Positions 38,893-53,100 of a DNA stretch of 64,000 nucleotides are shown in pieces. The translations under genes and the position numbers were made by a program. The notes under the pieces were generated by a model, which searched no databases, had not been told where the DNA came from, and saw only the letters and a program-made list of their open reading frames with translations. Where the stretch lies: positions 2,294,001 to 2,358,000 of the forward strand of contig JAYWIR010000016.1 in assembly GCA_036172245.1 (NCBI GenBank), in the 5' to 3' direction. How positions within the stretch are numbered: position 1 is the stretch's first letter; each line of letters starts with the position of its first letter. This stretch comes from Raillietiella orientalis (Eukaryota).

Positions 38893-40712
38893 GTGTACAC
38901 AGTACATATATAAGTTTATTGATTACTCGGAGCTCGAGTTTCCCTTTCTGGATTTATTGCCCATCAAGATATTGCTCTGAGAGCCATCGGTTATTTTATT
39001 TTATTTCTTCTGTCAAAAGCGTATACACGAAGGTCGCTTCATGCCACTACTTCCACTTTGTGTGAGTCATCTCAAGGGGACTCTGAGATTTTCGTTTTAA
39101 AATGTAAAATAATGATAGCGCATTCATCGTGCTACAGATATGATGACATCCCCCCGTTTGCTTAATGGATTCACTTGAAGAGATTGATCTGCGCTAGTTT
39201 GAACAAATCATTCGAATAAACGGTCAGGCCATTTCGAATCAAGCCGAAGTGCATTCTCGTAGCCGACTTCACAAAACCAAAGTGAAGTCAGCTACGATCG
39301 GAAACCTTTCGTGATTTCCATATTCGAAGGCTTCACGGAGCAGGGGGTGAGCATCCCTTTTGTTTACGAACGGCACGAGGTCGCGCATGCTGCGCTCCAA
39401 ACAAGAACTGTGCAACCTGTGCACCGAATCCTCAAGAACAAATTGCCTGAAGAAACATCCCCGTTGCTTACTCGTTGGTGTGATTCCCAAGGACTCTCTT
39501 TCTTGAGAGCTTCCATTCCACTCTGTATTCTTCACTCTTATCAGAACTGGAACTGACCGCAGCCATTTGCCTTCCTTGTTCGTAAAGCTGTCACCTCTAT
39601 AACAACGAAATAGGAATGGAGGCTTCCTTTGGGACCACGCTCATTTTTCATAGGCTTCGTTTTTCTGGTGATGCAAGTAAAAGAATCCAATAGTGTGCAC
39701 TCAGAAATTGCTCACGCCTTTAATTTGCAAAAAATAAATCCTTCCTCCCCTCCCATTCCTCCCCAAATCATCTGTAGCATTACTATCGCAAAATTGCCGT
39801 TGCATTTCATCAGCTTGCTGAATGTCATTTCGTGCAGATTGATGTTTCTTGCAAAGAAATTCCTCATCTTGCTAGTTTTAATACCTAATCTTTCAGTACT
39901 CCATTGATTATGGCAACGTCTCCTCATTTTCATCTTCCGATCCACAAACTCAGCTCTCTGAAGGAAGCTCTGGACCTAGTGTTCAATTATTCTCATGATT
40001 ATAATAAATTATTTCAATCTGCCATGATTGAAGACCGTATCATGGCATACCTCGCAATGATCAATGCCACCATCGTCAACAATCTGAACTACAATTGTGG
40101 GAGCTCTGCACTATCGTACATTCACCGAAGTATGGATACTTTATACATCACCATGTCTGGATGCATTGTCATACGTAAGGACAGCAGTCGGTACATTTTC
40201 GTGACGCATCGACACGGTCGGCATTGAACGAACTGCAAGAGTGAGGACTCGGTGATCGGTTCATGATGTCATGCTCGCTTTCACGGCAAAAACGTTGCAT
40301 GCGAGGCTGCAAGAGATCTCGGATGAGTTCTAGGAAATGTTTATGTGGGCTATTTCGTATTCCAGCGTTCGTTTCCACTTCCAAGTTACCTGATCACTCG
40401 AGAATCCCCAGAAAACAACATTTGCACGATCCTCTGCATTTTGCCAATCCCGTGCAAAGAAAAATTGCTGCGAAAATGCTGCTGCTAGGCTTTGATTTAC
40501 GGAAGGCATTTTCAGCGTTCTTCCCGTTTGCAGTAGATAGAAATACTGCACTGTAACCGTGCAGTAATGCAGGAGTCATCTCATAGGAAACATCTAAGCC
40601 TTTGGCAGAATAGTGGAACAGCCATTTTCTTAATTCCTGCACAGCAATGATTTTTCAGCCATCATTTAATGTTCACACTCAACTTGCATGATGTGTGTGA
40701 ACATCCACGCTT

Positions 40713-40752
40713 ATCGCTTCTCGCCCTTTTGGCTAAGATCAAAGTATAGAAT
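40713..40752 (+). pseudogene. U2: U2 snRNA 5' fragment (nt 1-40)
   Basis: atcgcttctcgcccttttggctaagatcaaagtatagaat versus the metazoan U2 consensus ATCGCTTCTCGGCCTTTTGGCTAAGATCAAAGTGTAGTAT (3 mismatches). Similarity stops abruptly after nt 40. Confidence 0.9.
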
Positions 40753-43700
40753 TCTTAGTGAACTGCGTTAAGCACACAGAAAAGCATATGAGAAGGAAAG
40801 CGAAGCTACCGTTCCGGAGACAAGGGCAGAAGCATTTCGATCAAGCATGATAGAAGACAAGCGTGTGAAGAATAGGGAATAGTGATCATCTCAAAACGGC
40901 AAAGGAAGTTACAGATTCAAGAAAGTAGGAAGCTTGGCCACGAACTGATGGCTCCGAGGAAACGAACGCTTGGCAAAGTACGATCAGTTGTTTCAACGGG
41001 CTTCGAAATGGAAGGGAGAACACGAGATTAAAAAAATTTACAATTAAGCAGATGAGAAAAGTGAGGAAGCTCGCAAGCGTTTCAAATGTGGACGGAGACA
41101 AAGAATTCTGCGAGTGGAAGTGAGTGAAAACGTTGCTGCGAAGTTTTGGGTGAAGTGTGACCGAGTTCCTCATCCAGAGGCTTGCAAACTGACCGTGTTC
41201 TTGGAGCGAATCGTAGCATGAAGTTGAGAAGTTACTTATCCACCTTGGACCTCGGACCATCGATAACGGAGCTTTCTGGGCATTTAGTATCAGTATAAGC
41301 CAGTGGACAGCTCTCGGAATGACAAGAGTGAAAAACCTTATAGCGCAGATTGCACAGAAATACAACCGCTTTAAGGTGACTCGGAATACTTCTCGAAGGA
41401 TGGGACGTTCCAAGGATAAATTGTGTGAGTGCGAGTTTTGTCTTGAGGAACTGCACTAACCAAGCCGAAAATGCTTGTCTTCAGTGCTGGAGAACAAGTA
41501 CCCGAATTTCAAAGTCAGTGCTGCCAGCGTGCCACGGACCAACTGTTGTCGAATTGTCGATTCTAATCTTGAGGAGCAATGTCTTCAAGATTCTGTTTTA
41601 TACCAAGGAGAATTCAATACTCACAACAGTATCTCTTCCTTGAACGCCAATACGTTGTTCTCAGTCTCCATTTCACTTTCGCTCGGTAATGAAACGGCTA
41701 GGCGTAGAAGTGTGCGTGCCTTACGATAAACAAAAACGCGGCCCACTTTCTCTGTAAGTGATAGTTATCACTCTTCATATCCAGGACTCGTCCCAGTAGA
41801 GGAAAACTGGGGCAAATGGAGAAAGAATTTCCTTCAGGTGGAAAACGACAAGGGGCAGTATCCCACGTCACCCATGATTTGAATTTGGGAAACTGATTCT
41901 CATATTCATTGTCATTCTTTTCTGTAACATCTCGATACGAAGCAGTAGCACTTTTGCACAGATCTTTGAATCATCTGAGCTTGTACCATGCAAAGTTCAA
42001 GATCTAACCTAACAGCTAAGAAACTCTAGTCCGTTAGATTTGCTGTGAAGTTTATGTTAAAGTTGCTGAGATCATTGATCCCTTTTTGCACGTGTACTCT
42101 CCTTGGAGACACTTGTACGTCCTTCAGGACCAAAACAGTCACATGATCAGCAGGTTGAAACTGAAACTGTGTCCTCTGACTTTCCTGCTGGAAGTGTAAA
42201 TGAAATCCATCCTTTAGCTATCGTGACGGAATGCGTTCTTACTTCTCAGAGTTTTGTTGCATGTACGTGCTTCCATTTTTCACTGCTTCAGCAGAGTTCG
42301 TGTCTGTGTCTCTTTCAGAATTCATTTCTGAGAGGAAAAGCAACGAGTTTTTCCTCTTTCTTTCCTTGAAGATGGAAGACAAACAAGTGCTTGAGAGTAG
42401 GGTGTGCTTAGCAATCTCGATCGGATTCAGCGCTTTTTTGAATCATGATGTGTCTCGAAGAGTGAACTTGGTTTCTGGGATTCGCAGACAAACCGCATGG
42501 TTAGTGGAAGGGAACGGAACAAGGAAAAAGAGAGAAGTTCCTTGGAGTGCCAGCAAACTGAAAGCCAGTACTAGCAGATGAGACCCAAGAGACTGCCTAA
42601 AGAAAAATACCCCCAAAACTGGATGCAAGATAATAATTTACTTGGAGCTGTCGTCTTCCTCATAAACTGTGAGAAGACGAGCCAAATAGAATCTCGTAAT
42701 ACTGAACCAAGAATCTGTATTGCTCCCACTGCCATAGCTAAGAGCTTTTCCTAGTTTCATTTCAAAAATTTTGGAGTCTATTTTTATGCATTTTTACCAT
42801 ACTCGAGTTACTAAATTACATCCTCTTTGATTAACTTTGAGGATCAAAATCGCGGAAATTCCCGAACGCCTTTCGAGTGCGCTCCAACCACATCCGGATG
42901 GATTCCTTGAATTCAACAGGAATAAGTTTTTCGAGACCACAGTGCCGTGGACACGGAAGCACTCAGATGTCGGAACTCAGAGCTATGAGGGATAGGAAAC
43001 ATATGCTTTTTCTGATTACCTCTGAAGCTGATAATCTCATGTCTCACGTCTGCTACTAAAGTTTCTAATAAATTCCATTATAGAATCATACAAAGCAGAG
43101 TCCAATTTCCAATTTTCCAGCAGGCTTCGACAGTTCTTTCGAGCTAAAAATTCTGCATAAGGCTCTGTCTTCCGGATGGCAGACGTGTGCGTCTCATCGG
43201 AAACAAATCGGAAAGATAAGGAGTAAGGGTTCCCATGACGGCGAGTAGAAGCGGCCGAATTACTTCCGTGCTGCATGCCATTGCATTCAAACCAACAAAC
43301 ACGCCTGCTCGGATTAACGTGGAAAAGTTCTATCCGGAAATTGGTCGTTGCTTTTTATGATTCCACAATGGAATTCGTTAGAGAGTACTCCTACTCATTA
43401 GTGTCATAAATCCTTTCTGTTGTATGGACGCAAGAAAATCGTATGATACAGTGGTAGCAACTCGTCCTGTGCTCGAGATCTGAAGTTCCTGCATTTAAAG
43501 ATACAATGAGACATTGGAGTCAATGGAGTAATTTTTACCGACCTAGACTCTAAGGCTCTAATTTAGACTTAATCGGTATCTAGATTTTGGTTGAAAGGAA
43601 AATCTCAGATTCATTTGTCCATCGCAACGGCTTAGGTCTCTGCATAAACGAAGCACGCTCAAACCTGAGACGAAGAATAGAGAAGAGCAACTGTACCTTC

Positions 43701-44186
43701 GTCGGTGAGCGGCATCGATGGATGGAAGACTCGAAATAAACAAGATTCCATAGATGCGAAAAATTTGCCATATATGGAATCACGACTTGTCCTTTATTAC
43801 GTACAATCCAGTCGAATTTACTATGTGAGATGCTTTTGTTTTGTTACCCTTACTCAGTAATCCATCGTCTTGGACCTTTATGAAAGTCACAAGGTCTCCA
43901 GGATGCTAGTGAACTCTGAGAAAGGAGTTTAAATGATAATGGCAATGGCATGTGGCAAGTGCTTGACAGCCATTCGGTGGCTGTCCATAAATCGGATAAA
44001 CGGGGAAATCTATCTAAGTCTTTGGGAAGATCAGAAAAAGGTTGATTTGTTTGTCATCATGATGATGATCCCCGTACGCTTGAGACTTCCTGGGGTTGCC
44101 CCGTTGTTTGATTGCTCAGATGTGTGGAGGTCACGTTCATTTGAAGCTCACTTTTTCTGGACAAATCATTGTAACGTTTCTCCTAG

Positions 44187-47100
44187 TCATGCTGTCTGGA
44201 ATCATTCTGATGGAAGTTGGTCTCATCAAAGTCCACGATTTTTTCGTAATCATAACGGGCAATGCTGTGCAGATCAGTAAGTGCCTCTTTGAAAATTGCA
44301 CTTTGAGGAGAATTCTGAAGAAAATAAATTATGCCTCACTAAATCCCTCGTAATCTGATGTAAATCACTTCCAATCACTTCCAATTCACTTCCACTTGTG
44401 TGTTAAAAGCGAATATGATTGTGACTTTATTAATGATCGGAATGTTCTTTTTGCAAGATTAGGGATTTTGAAGACAATAAAATTTGCACATACTATTCGT
44501 CCGTGGCCTCTTAGACGAGTATTGACGGATACTATCCAAAAATCATATTTCTTGTATTTCAGTGACTGGCGGATTCGCTTATGTTTGCATAGGATTTGCA
44601 CTGAATTGGGGTGAAGATATTTGTGGTTTCTTGGGAACCTCACTGTGGTTTCTCATACCTTCTCAGTATACATTCCAAACTCATAGCTACATAAGTGGGC
44701 TCAATGACTCTGAAAAAATGGATTACAAAATGCAGAGTTATGCGGGAGTTCCTGGATTTGCGTTTTATTTTTCCCAATCCTTAGCTTTTACTCTGATAAT
44801 AACATCCGTGACAGTAGGAAGACTAACTTGGTTGGCATTGTGTATACAAGGATTCTTTACCACAGGGATCCTGTATCCCCTAATGTCCCATTGGTGCTAT
44901 CATTGGGAAGGATGGATAAGGAATGGAGTGCTATTTTTCAGATTTATGGTAAGGTTTATTCATTTGTACGATTCGAATCCTGCGTGTGTATTTCCCGATC
45001 GACTGATATATCTGGAATTCAGTTCAATACAGGTGTCGAACCTTTATTCGTGCAGCACATATTGCTTCGTCAATCCTGGTTTCTCCTGTTCCGATTTACA
45101 AGAAACAGAAATCAGGATACGTCGAAGCCGAACATGTCGGCCATCTATTCAAAAAAAAAAAAATCAGATTTGGAGTTTTTTAAGTGGAAACTTGGATTGA
45201 TCTGATGATGACAGTTTCAGACTCGTCGTGGTTCATGGGTTGATAATTAGGGGTCAAGTTTCGATTCGCTTAGAGTGTAGGGGTCAGTCGGGAATTAAGG
45301 TATTGGGCTGCTGTAGGTTCCAGCCTTGGCTTTTTGGGTGGAAAAGTGAATGAATATACCATGGGCGTTGCTTCGCAGGTGAATGGGAGGTGGAAAAAAA
45401 AAAATATCGAAAGTGAATTGTTCCATCGTACATAGTCTCGAAAGAAAATGAGAAGGCGGTTTCGCTGGAACGATGCAAACTCTGTCTGGAATTGAAATAG
45501 TAAATGGTCTGTGATAGGAAATTCCTACTATCAAGATGAGTCTCTTAATGGCAGTTTAAATGAGAGTTGAGATTCGATGTCGGGGAAGTAATTCGGAGTT
45601 GGAATATTCGTCAGAAGAACTTCGGTATCTGGAGATCAATAAAGCCGAATGGGGTAGGAAGATTGGTGGAGAAAAGCACAGATGATCAACGTGAAAGATG
45701 TGCATGCGGAAGCCTCCTCGCTTGCATTCGGAGCGAACGCATGCTGGCTCGAGGCAATCTGCCATCAAGAAGCGTGCAAATTCGAATTGGCGACAAATAC
45801 CACAGTAGAAAAATTTGAACGAATCCGTAGAGGAAAGCTGAATCGACGGTGCGGTTTGTAATTGTGGATCAACGAGATCAAGAGACGACCTCAAGTATTA
45901 AAGGAAACATTTCTGTGATTCCGAGAACCCACATGCTTTGGCCTAAATGGCACTAGAGAATTCATTCTACCGTTTCCTGTAACAGTTGTGTTGTATACCA
46001 TTGACAACATCAACCTAAAGTGCGGAAATTATGTCCCAGTTCTTAAATGACACGATTTAGGCAGTCATCTTTAATACTCACTACTAAGTACAAGGAACCA
46101 CTCTTGGGTCTGCATCGTTCCGAGAGAAACGGCCATCAATCCTATGATGCGGAGCAGCACTTCCATTTCCAGGATTAACCTCTTATGTGAAATGATAGAC
46201 AAATGTGTATCAGAGGCTATGAAGTAATACGAGAAACCATCACAAATGGATGATGGCTTCTGAATATGCGACATCACTCTTTAGAACAAAACGGATGTCC
46301 GGTTATTGCGGATGGCGCGTAGCTGCCAAAAAGGATTGCTACGAAGGTTGGATAGGAACGATCCCTTAAGAGTCGAATGAATTCGAAATCCTTCTGCAGA
46401 AAATTCTTGTTTATTGCCTGCTTCCGTATTACATTAGTATCTGACCTGATCCTTTGTAACGGGAAAGGGAACGGGAACTAAATTCGCTGGCAGCCATCAC
46501 CTGGGAAAAGCGCACGCTACCGAAATAACAGAAATGGATTCGTTTCCACTGATGTTGCATATAGAAAATTTGAATCTATCATCGATCATCACAAATTACC
46601 ACTATTCTGAAAATTCACTTTGAATCACGGAAATATGGTTAAAGATCATCGATTACGTGAAGCATTTTGCATCGGAGATACAGAGAATCTACCTATGCAT
46701 CCATCTATTAATCCCGCTCGTGAATAAGAAAAACCAAACAAAAACACTGGAACTGTAAATTCGCGTTCTAGTAAAAGTATGGAGAGCAAACCTTTCAATG
46801 GCTTCTCACTTTTGAGAATTTCAATGCACTACATTTGTCTGATAAAAGATGAACTTCATCTTAAACGAGTCATCGGCTTTCCTGATTCAGTATTCCCGGG
46901 TCCCGCTGCTCCAACTACAGGGATTTCATATGCATGAGCAGAGTAGCTCTTTGCTCTCGTAGATAGCAGCAACGACTAGCAACGACACTGCCATAGGAAT
47001 GGTCAAAAGCAGAATCTAGTTGTGGTTTCGGGAATTTGAAGACAAAAAGGGTACAGATGCATGGGACAACGGATACAAAAAGAAGCGATGTATATGTACG

Positions 47101-50100
47101 GACCGTAGTCTCCAAAGTTCAGTAGTATGATAACATCGATATTTCCCAGTGAGGAGACGAAGTGCTCCTCTAGGAATTGCGCACTTATTTGGACATTAAA
47201 AGAGCTGCTGCATTCGAGTCTTGAATGACTGAATCTCCAGAATGAGCACAGAACTCTTGGTTCGGAAAGGAGGAGAGTAGGAGTTTCTGGCGTCTGAGAA
47301 ACGCTTGCTCTCCCTTCTTTCCGTGCCAAGGGTTCCAGAAGACATTTTAGATCCGCACAAGACTGGAGATAGCTGATTTGAGTGTGTAGAAGAGTATGGA
47401 TGGAATTTCATAGAAATCTCGAGAGCTTCGAGTCACTCACTACTTTTCACAGTTTCTCATCCTTCACTTTCGCACAGAGATTGATTGTGCAGAGCAAGTA
47501 GCACGAATTTAAGCAGCTGAAGCAGCAGTTGCCATTACTGCATTTCCTAGTCTCGTGATCAGTAGCGAGAGCTTTCTGTTGGGTGCCTCTGCTTAAGAAC
47601 TCGAAATCTATAACATTCCGGTCAAGTTCCCCCCCCCTTTCCCCCTGTCCCCCCCCCCCCCAAAAAAAAAAAATGGCATAAGAGGATCACTTGATCTCCT
47701 TGTGCAAACTCCAGACCTGAATCTGTAGCGGGAGTTCTCGGCGACAGCATGAAAATTCAATTCCCATATACACCATGTGCGTCCAGAGTACCACACAAAA
47801 CCACAAAGGAAAACCTCTCTTTAGGGCTCCTGATGCCTCCCTGTCTGTGCAACTCTTTGAAATTCGCTTTGTGGCTCTCATGTAGGTCGATGGCTCACAA
47901 GAATGATACTTCTTGAGAGTATCTCATTGTTTTATTACACTTTCCTCTCCTTGGAAAGTGTAATAAAACACTGAAGCATTCTCACTCAAGGTAAAGCACC
48001 TACATGCCATTCTGTAAAGTGAAAGCACATTCGAGGCAAATAAAGACAGCATCCGCGCTTTGTAGTGTTGACCACTGAATGATACATCGTCGCACTCCAA
48101 AGAAAGCACCGTCATCATCAGTAATTTTCTGGACATATCTCGAGTTTGGTGGATCCTAGCAAAACAGCCAGTTCCTTGATGAAAGGAAACTGAACTTACT
48201 AGCAGGATAACCACAACTGGATCTGTACCGCACACACAGCTTTGGGGCTTGCTCTGTGTGCAAAGCGGTACAGACTGACCGCATAATCATTGCTATGCAT
48301 CGGAGGGTGGGAAGGTATGGTAGGATAGCACTGCGTTCTTGAAAAACCTGCACAACCCGCACAAGTCTTAAGGAGCACGTGACGTGAATATACGAGCGTT
48401 GACATGGGTCTGGCGTTTGGCCGACATGACACGTGTTTTTTCTTTGACGCAGCAAACCAGCCAACGTGTTTAGCCATCACAAATGCACTGGTGCATTTGT
48501 GATGGCTAAACACGATTGTGTTGAGTTAATTTAAGTTCAGCGACAGCACAACCTTGCCGGCGCATTCTTCGTCGACATCTTCACCGCTGCATTTTAGGAT
48601 AGGGGAGGAGGAGCTGTTCTGCACGCGACTGCTGGAGCTTCCGCCTTGAGTGCTGCCTTAATCTTAGGTAGAAGGAATGTTACAAACACTGGATATACGT
48701 ATGCCTCGATCCCGGCAATGGGCCCAGGTTTCTGTGTATTAGGTAAATACAGAAATTAGCGAATTTCTATTTTTCCGGACATTTTGCTGGCGATGATGAC
48801 TACTTTGTCGACACAACTGTACTAAAGATAAAGTATGTGATTTTCAGTGTTATGTGTGTATGTCCAAATTCGTTTGGAAGAGCAACTAGGAGGCAGACAA
48901 ATCGTTATGCTAGGAACTCTCAACAGAGCAGCCACTTCCTCAACGAAAAGAAAGAAAGAAGAGTATCTACAACTATCCACAGAAACAAACAGATGGAAGT
49001 TAGCATTAGTTGAAGAAGCGTGCGCTTCATGAAATTGTTTTCGGGTAACTAAACGCCTCCCTTTCCTCTGAAGAGAATTCTAAGCTCGATAGCATCAAGC
49101 TCTTCAGGAATGGTTCGATAGAATAAATGGACGCGGTAAAGAGTTTTCCCGGGTCGACACCGTCACCGTCGTTTCGTCGTTTTTGCCGCCATCTTTAATC
49201 TTGATTCACTACCATCAGGAGGCATAGCGAAATCCGTAAATTTTACGCAGCCACAACATGGAGATTCGAAATGAAAGTGCACACCACTATGAGGCGATCA
49301 GACCAACTTCCTTTAAGACTTATCTTGAACAAATCAGCAAAGTCGTCATTCGTGGAAGCTACCTCAGGACAGGAACTAAGACGTTTTTATTTGGAAATGG
49401 AGTCGTGGAACATTTTTCCGTATAACGTTTCTGTGCAAACGAAATTCCTCGATGCACTCCGCGGAATTGACATCCTGCTCTGGCGTAACTGCATGAATTG
49501 AGTGTTTATCTTCCATGGGTGGATGAGCATCCTGCTACAGCTACAGGTAGTCGATGCATTCTGCATTGACTGATCGGAAAGAAACATTGCTTCAGAGTCA
49601 TCTGCTTGTCACAAAACCCAGCGGGAGGCTGTTTCTGCCACAAGGCATTGTATGCATGCCTCCGGATGCTCCAAATGCATGTTTCTTCGGAATCGCACAC
49701 ACATATGCAATTGGTACCTATTCTTGTGTCTCTCTTGGATGTTATGATATTTTTTAAGGGTTGATGCACGGATATGCACAAACGCCTCCGAGCTTGAACT
49801 CTATATATGCACACTAGTGTAGCAGGACATGGGTGTTGCCTCATGAGCTGTGAACAATATTTTCCGACAAATCGCTTAGAATCCCTCTTTCTCTCAACAA
49901 GGCCAGTTTGCATCTGTAGTCTCTATATTTGTCGAGTCCACAATGTTTGTGAGGTTTCTCGTGCCAAGCGTGCACTTTCCTTGCTAATTATGGTGACCTT
50001 ACAACCTTGCCATTCTTGAGACACTGCCGCGGACGAGAAAGGTGCAATATGCATTCAGAATCCACTTTCCTGGTGGTGTTTCTGATGGCAGGTGTTTTTT

Positions 50101-53100
50101 TTTTTTTTTCTGGAATCTTCAGGTTTCATCATGCTGAGCATTGCCTATATGATAATCAACGGAGCTTCCAACGTGAGATTATCCATACTGTGTGCAGTCG
50201 ACGCTATCGGACTCTCAATCATGAACACCCTCGTGGGGTGCTTTGGAGGAGGCATTGCCGCAATGTTCCTGTTATCTTGTGTGCACCGTCAGAAGGTGGA
50301 ATCCTACCCACAACTGATGAGGGTCATTTCCTGTTCCTTAGCTGGGCAGGTACCGGAGCATCTTCTTAGGCCAGTTGTATTAACGCATTGCTAAGGTTGC
50401 TGTGAGTGCTGGATGCGATACATCACGACCTATCTTTTCTTTTTTCATTGCATTTGTGGGAGGAGTGCTTTGCTTTTACTGGGCAGAATATGTAAAAGAC
50501 AAATATGGTATTGAAGATTCCATGGACAGCACATCAGGTAAATTTTAATTTCTTTTTTGAAGTGCGTGCATGACTGGAGGAATTCGGGACTGTCTCTTAT
50601 CTAGAAACTCCTTGATTAAAATCTCGCTGATTCGAGTCAATCCTTGGTTAGCGATTCTTTCATCTCGTTTTTATGTCCAGAATCATTCCCGTTACTTTGC
50701 CATAAAAAGATAAAGGCAGATCAAATCTCTGACATAGCTAGAAGATTATCCGTGCTTTTGCTCTCCTCCCAATCACCGCTCGCAGTCCCTTCTTTCCATG
50801 CTGATGAAGATAACAACCGCACCGTAGTAGGAAGTGATGGAGTTCCCTTCTTGAAGAGCTCTGAGTCGATCGCTGTGATCTTCGCACTCTTGATGATGAT
50901 GTGGTTCCGAACATATGGTTTGTCTGTCCCGTTTACGGGAAGACCTGCTTTCTAAAAAAGTCATGAGTCTATCAAAAAATACTTGACATTGTTTGATCTC
51001 GAAAATTCTCCCACTTTACTGAGGACTGCTCTGGAACATACGAAATAGTGAATTTTCCTTGATGGAGGTAAACACCAACATGCTCTGAATACATCGTTAT
51101 GGCATCTGCACAGGTTGTTCTTGTGAGTAGGCAAGGTAATTCTCCTAAGACCCTTGACGACTGTTCAGAAGATAACAATTTCTCCAAACACTGAGATGTA
51201 CCGATTCATCGTCCAGAGGTGTAGTGTACACGAGTTTCCGAACGGGGTTTCTTCGCGTTGGAAAAAGGCTGTGTTTTCGCTCTTTGGACTTTGGTCCAAA
51301 GAACGTTTAGATAAATAACAGATCTGACTTTGATAGAGTCGTCTGGTGCACTCAACTCTGTTAAGTGAATAATTGCCCTTGGACACATAACTAACTAACA
51401 CATAACTAACACAAAATGATTACATGAGATAGAACTGGAGTTGAAGGAAGCAAGAAAAAAAAGAGGGAACAGTGCACCATAAATAAACCAAAAGATGAGA
51501 GTTGTGAAGAGAAGTGCCGTCTAAGCATATCATATTAAACTCCGCAAGATGTGGTGCATCCTAATTCTGGTGCTCCATAGTCAGTCGGCATTAAAACAGC
51601 ATGTGCTCATGACCTGTCCCAAATTCGTTCTTGAGAATGGGACTAGAGGGAAAGAATTGATAAGGACAAATCAAACTTCACGAAGACTGCGGTTTGTGGT
51701 CCGAAAACGTTTCGTAAGAAAGAATACCAAGATACAAAGACCATGAAGTGATCCTCCATGTCCTTATTGGTGGCAGCTAGAATCTAATGAGAAGCAGAAA
51801 CACGTATATGGAAATAATCGTGGAGTCTGCTTCTAGCATTGCAGAATATTGCCAGCTTCGAAGATCGTAGTGGCGGAAATTGCTTCGTCCAAGGATCACC
51901 AGCGAGTGAGACCGATTTCCCGTGTTTCGATCGGATTTCCATTTCTGAGCAGCTGAGCGGAGCTGCTGTGATTAGGGACTGTTTCTGTAGTCATGGAAGC
52001 ACGTGCGATGATGCGATAGCATTCAGGATTCGTTACTTAGGAATGGCCATCCTGGAGATATTCCACTTCATGATGCTCCTCTAATACTGGACCCGATCTT
52101 TACTTATTTTAGGCTATAATGAAACTGTTGAGTCCTCTCTTGCATGGCATTTTAGGCCGTCCGTGCATTTGAAACGGGACTGTGGAATTCAGAAAAATAA
52201 GCAACAAACCATTAAAAAAAAGAAACGGAAGGCTATAAGTGCATTTCCGATTCTTTTTTTTTTTTTGCTAATGCAAGAACGCTTTAGAGATCTTTGATGC
52301 TAAATGGACCTTCGTTGCTGTTTTTGGTTTACGCATTTTTATCACCATTACCAATCGCCTTGTGAATCTCAGGACTGGTGTATTTGGGAGGTGTGAGTAA
52401 GAATGAATCTTCAGGGTGCATTTGCTCCTCTCTTGACGTCATCCTCTTCCTAAACTGTCCAATGTTTACGGATTTGCACTGCTCTATTGCCAAGCTTGCA
52501 ACTGAAAAACGTGAAATGAACTCTCTCGTGGCAAAGAACAAGGAACTCTTCTTCCTCCCAATTGAATAATACAACGCATCTCCATTAGGAATCCTCAAGC
52601 GTGGACTGAAGGGGTCGTTTCTACATGAGAATCCTCTGCTTGCTAGGTTGCCCATGAAAACCCATCATGCAGCACGTCTGTCGTAAGAAAAAGAGAAGTG
52701 CTGAAGAAACTTGCTTTCCGAGAAATTTCCTCTGAAATTCCTGGAATTCATTATGCACGAAAGTTTTGCGATTTCCTCTCTCTGAGGAGGTTGGCATTTT
52801 CCCGCGACGTTCATCTCTTGATTCAGTTCGCCGTCCGCGAATCTTTAGGGTCTAGTTTTCTTTTAGAGAAGGTCCTCCTTGCAGTGCGCTTTTTTCCTCG
52901 GTCGATTCCATCTTCCTTTTCGAATTTCTCGGTCTCTTGGTTGTCCTCCGTCTTTGAATGAATGACAACATGAGATTGCACAAGTCGCCTGGTAGGTGTT
53001 GTATCAGACAAGGGCGATGGACGGGGTGCAGAGGTAGAAAACAGCTCGCAGTAGTGTAGTATGGCTTTTTTTACCAAGTATTATAGAGTCAGAGTGGACC

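Noticed and set aside
41475..41729. DSVLYQGEFNTHNS resembling the APE-endonuclease GDFNAH motif downstream of the U2 5' fragment
   Set aside because: A single short motif with the catalytic Asp replaced and no supporting motifs; worth only a TBLASTN check.
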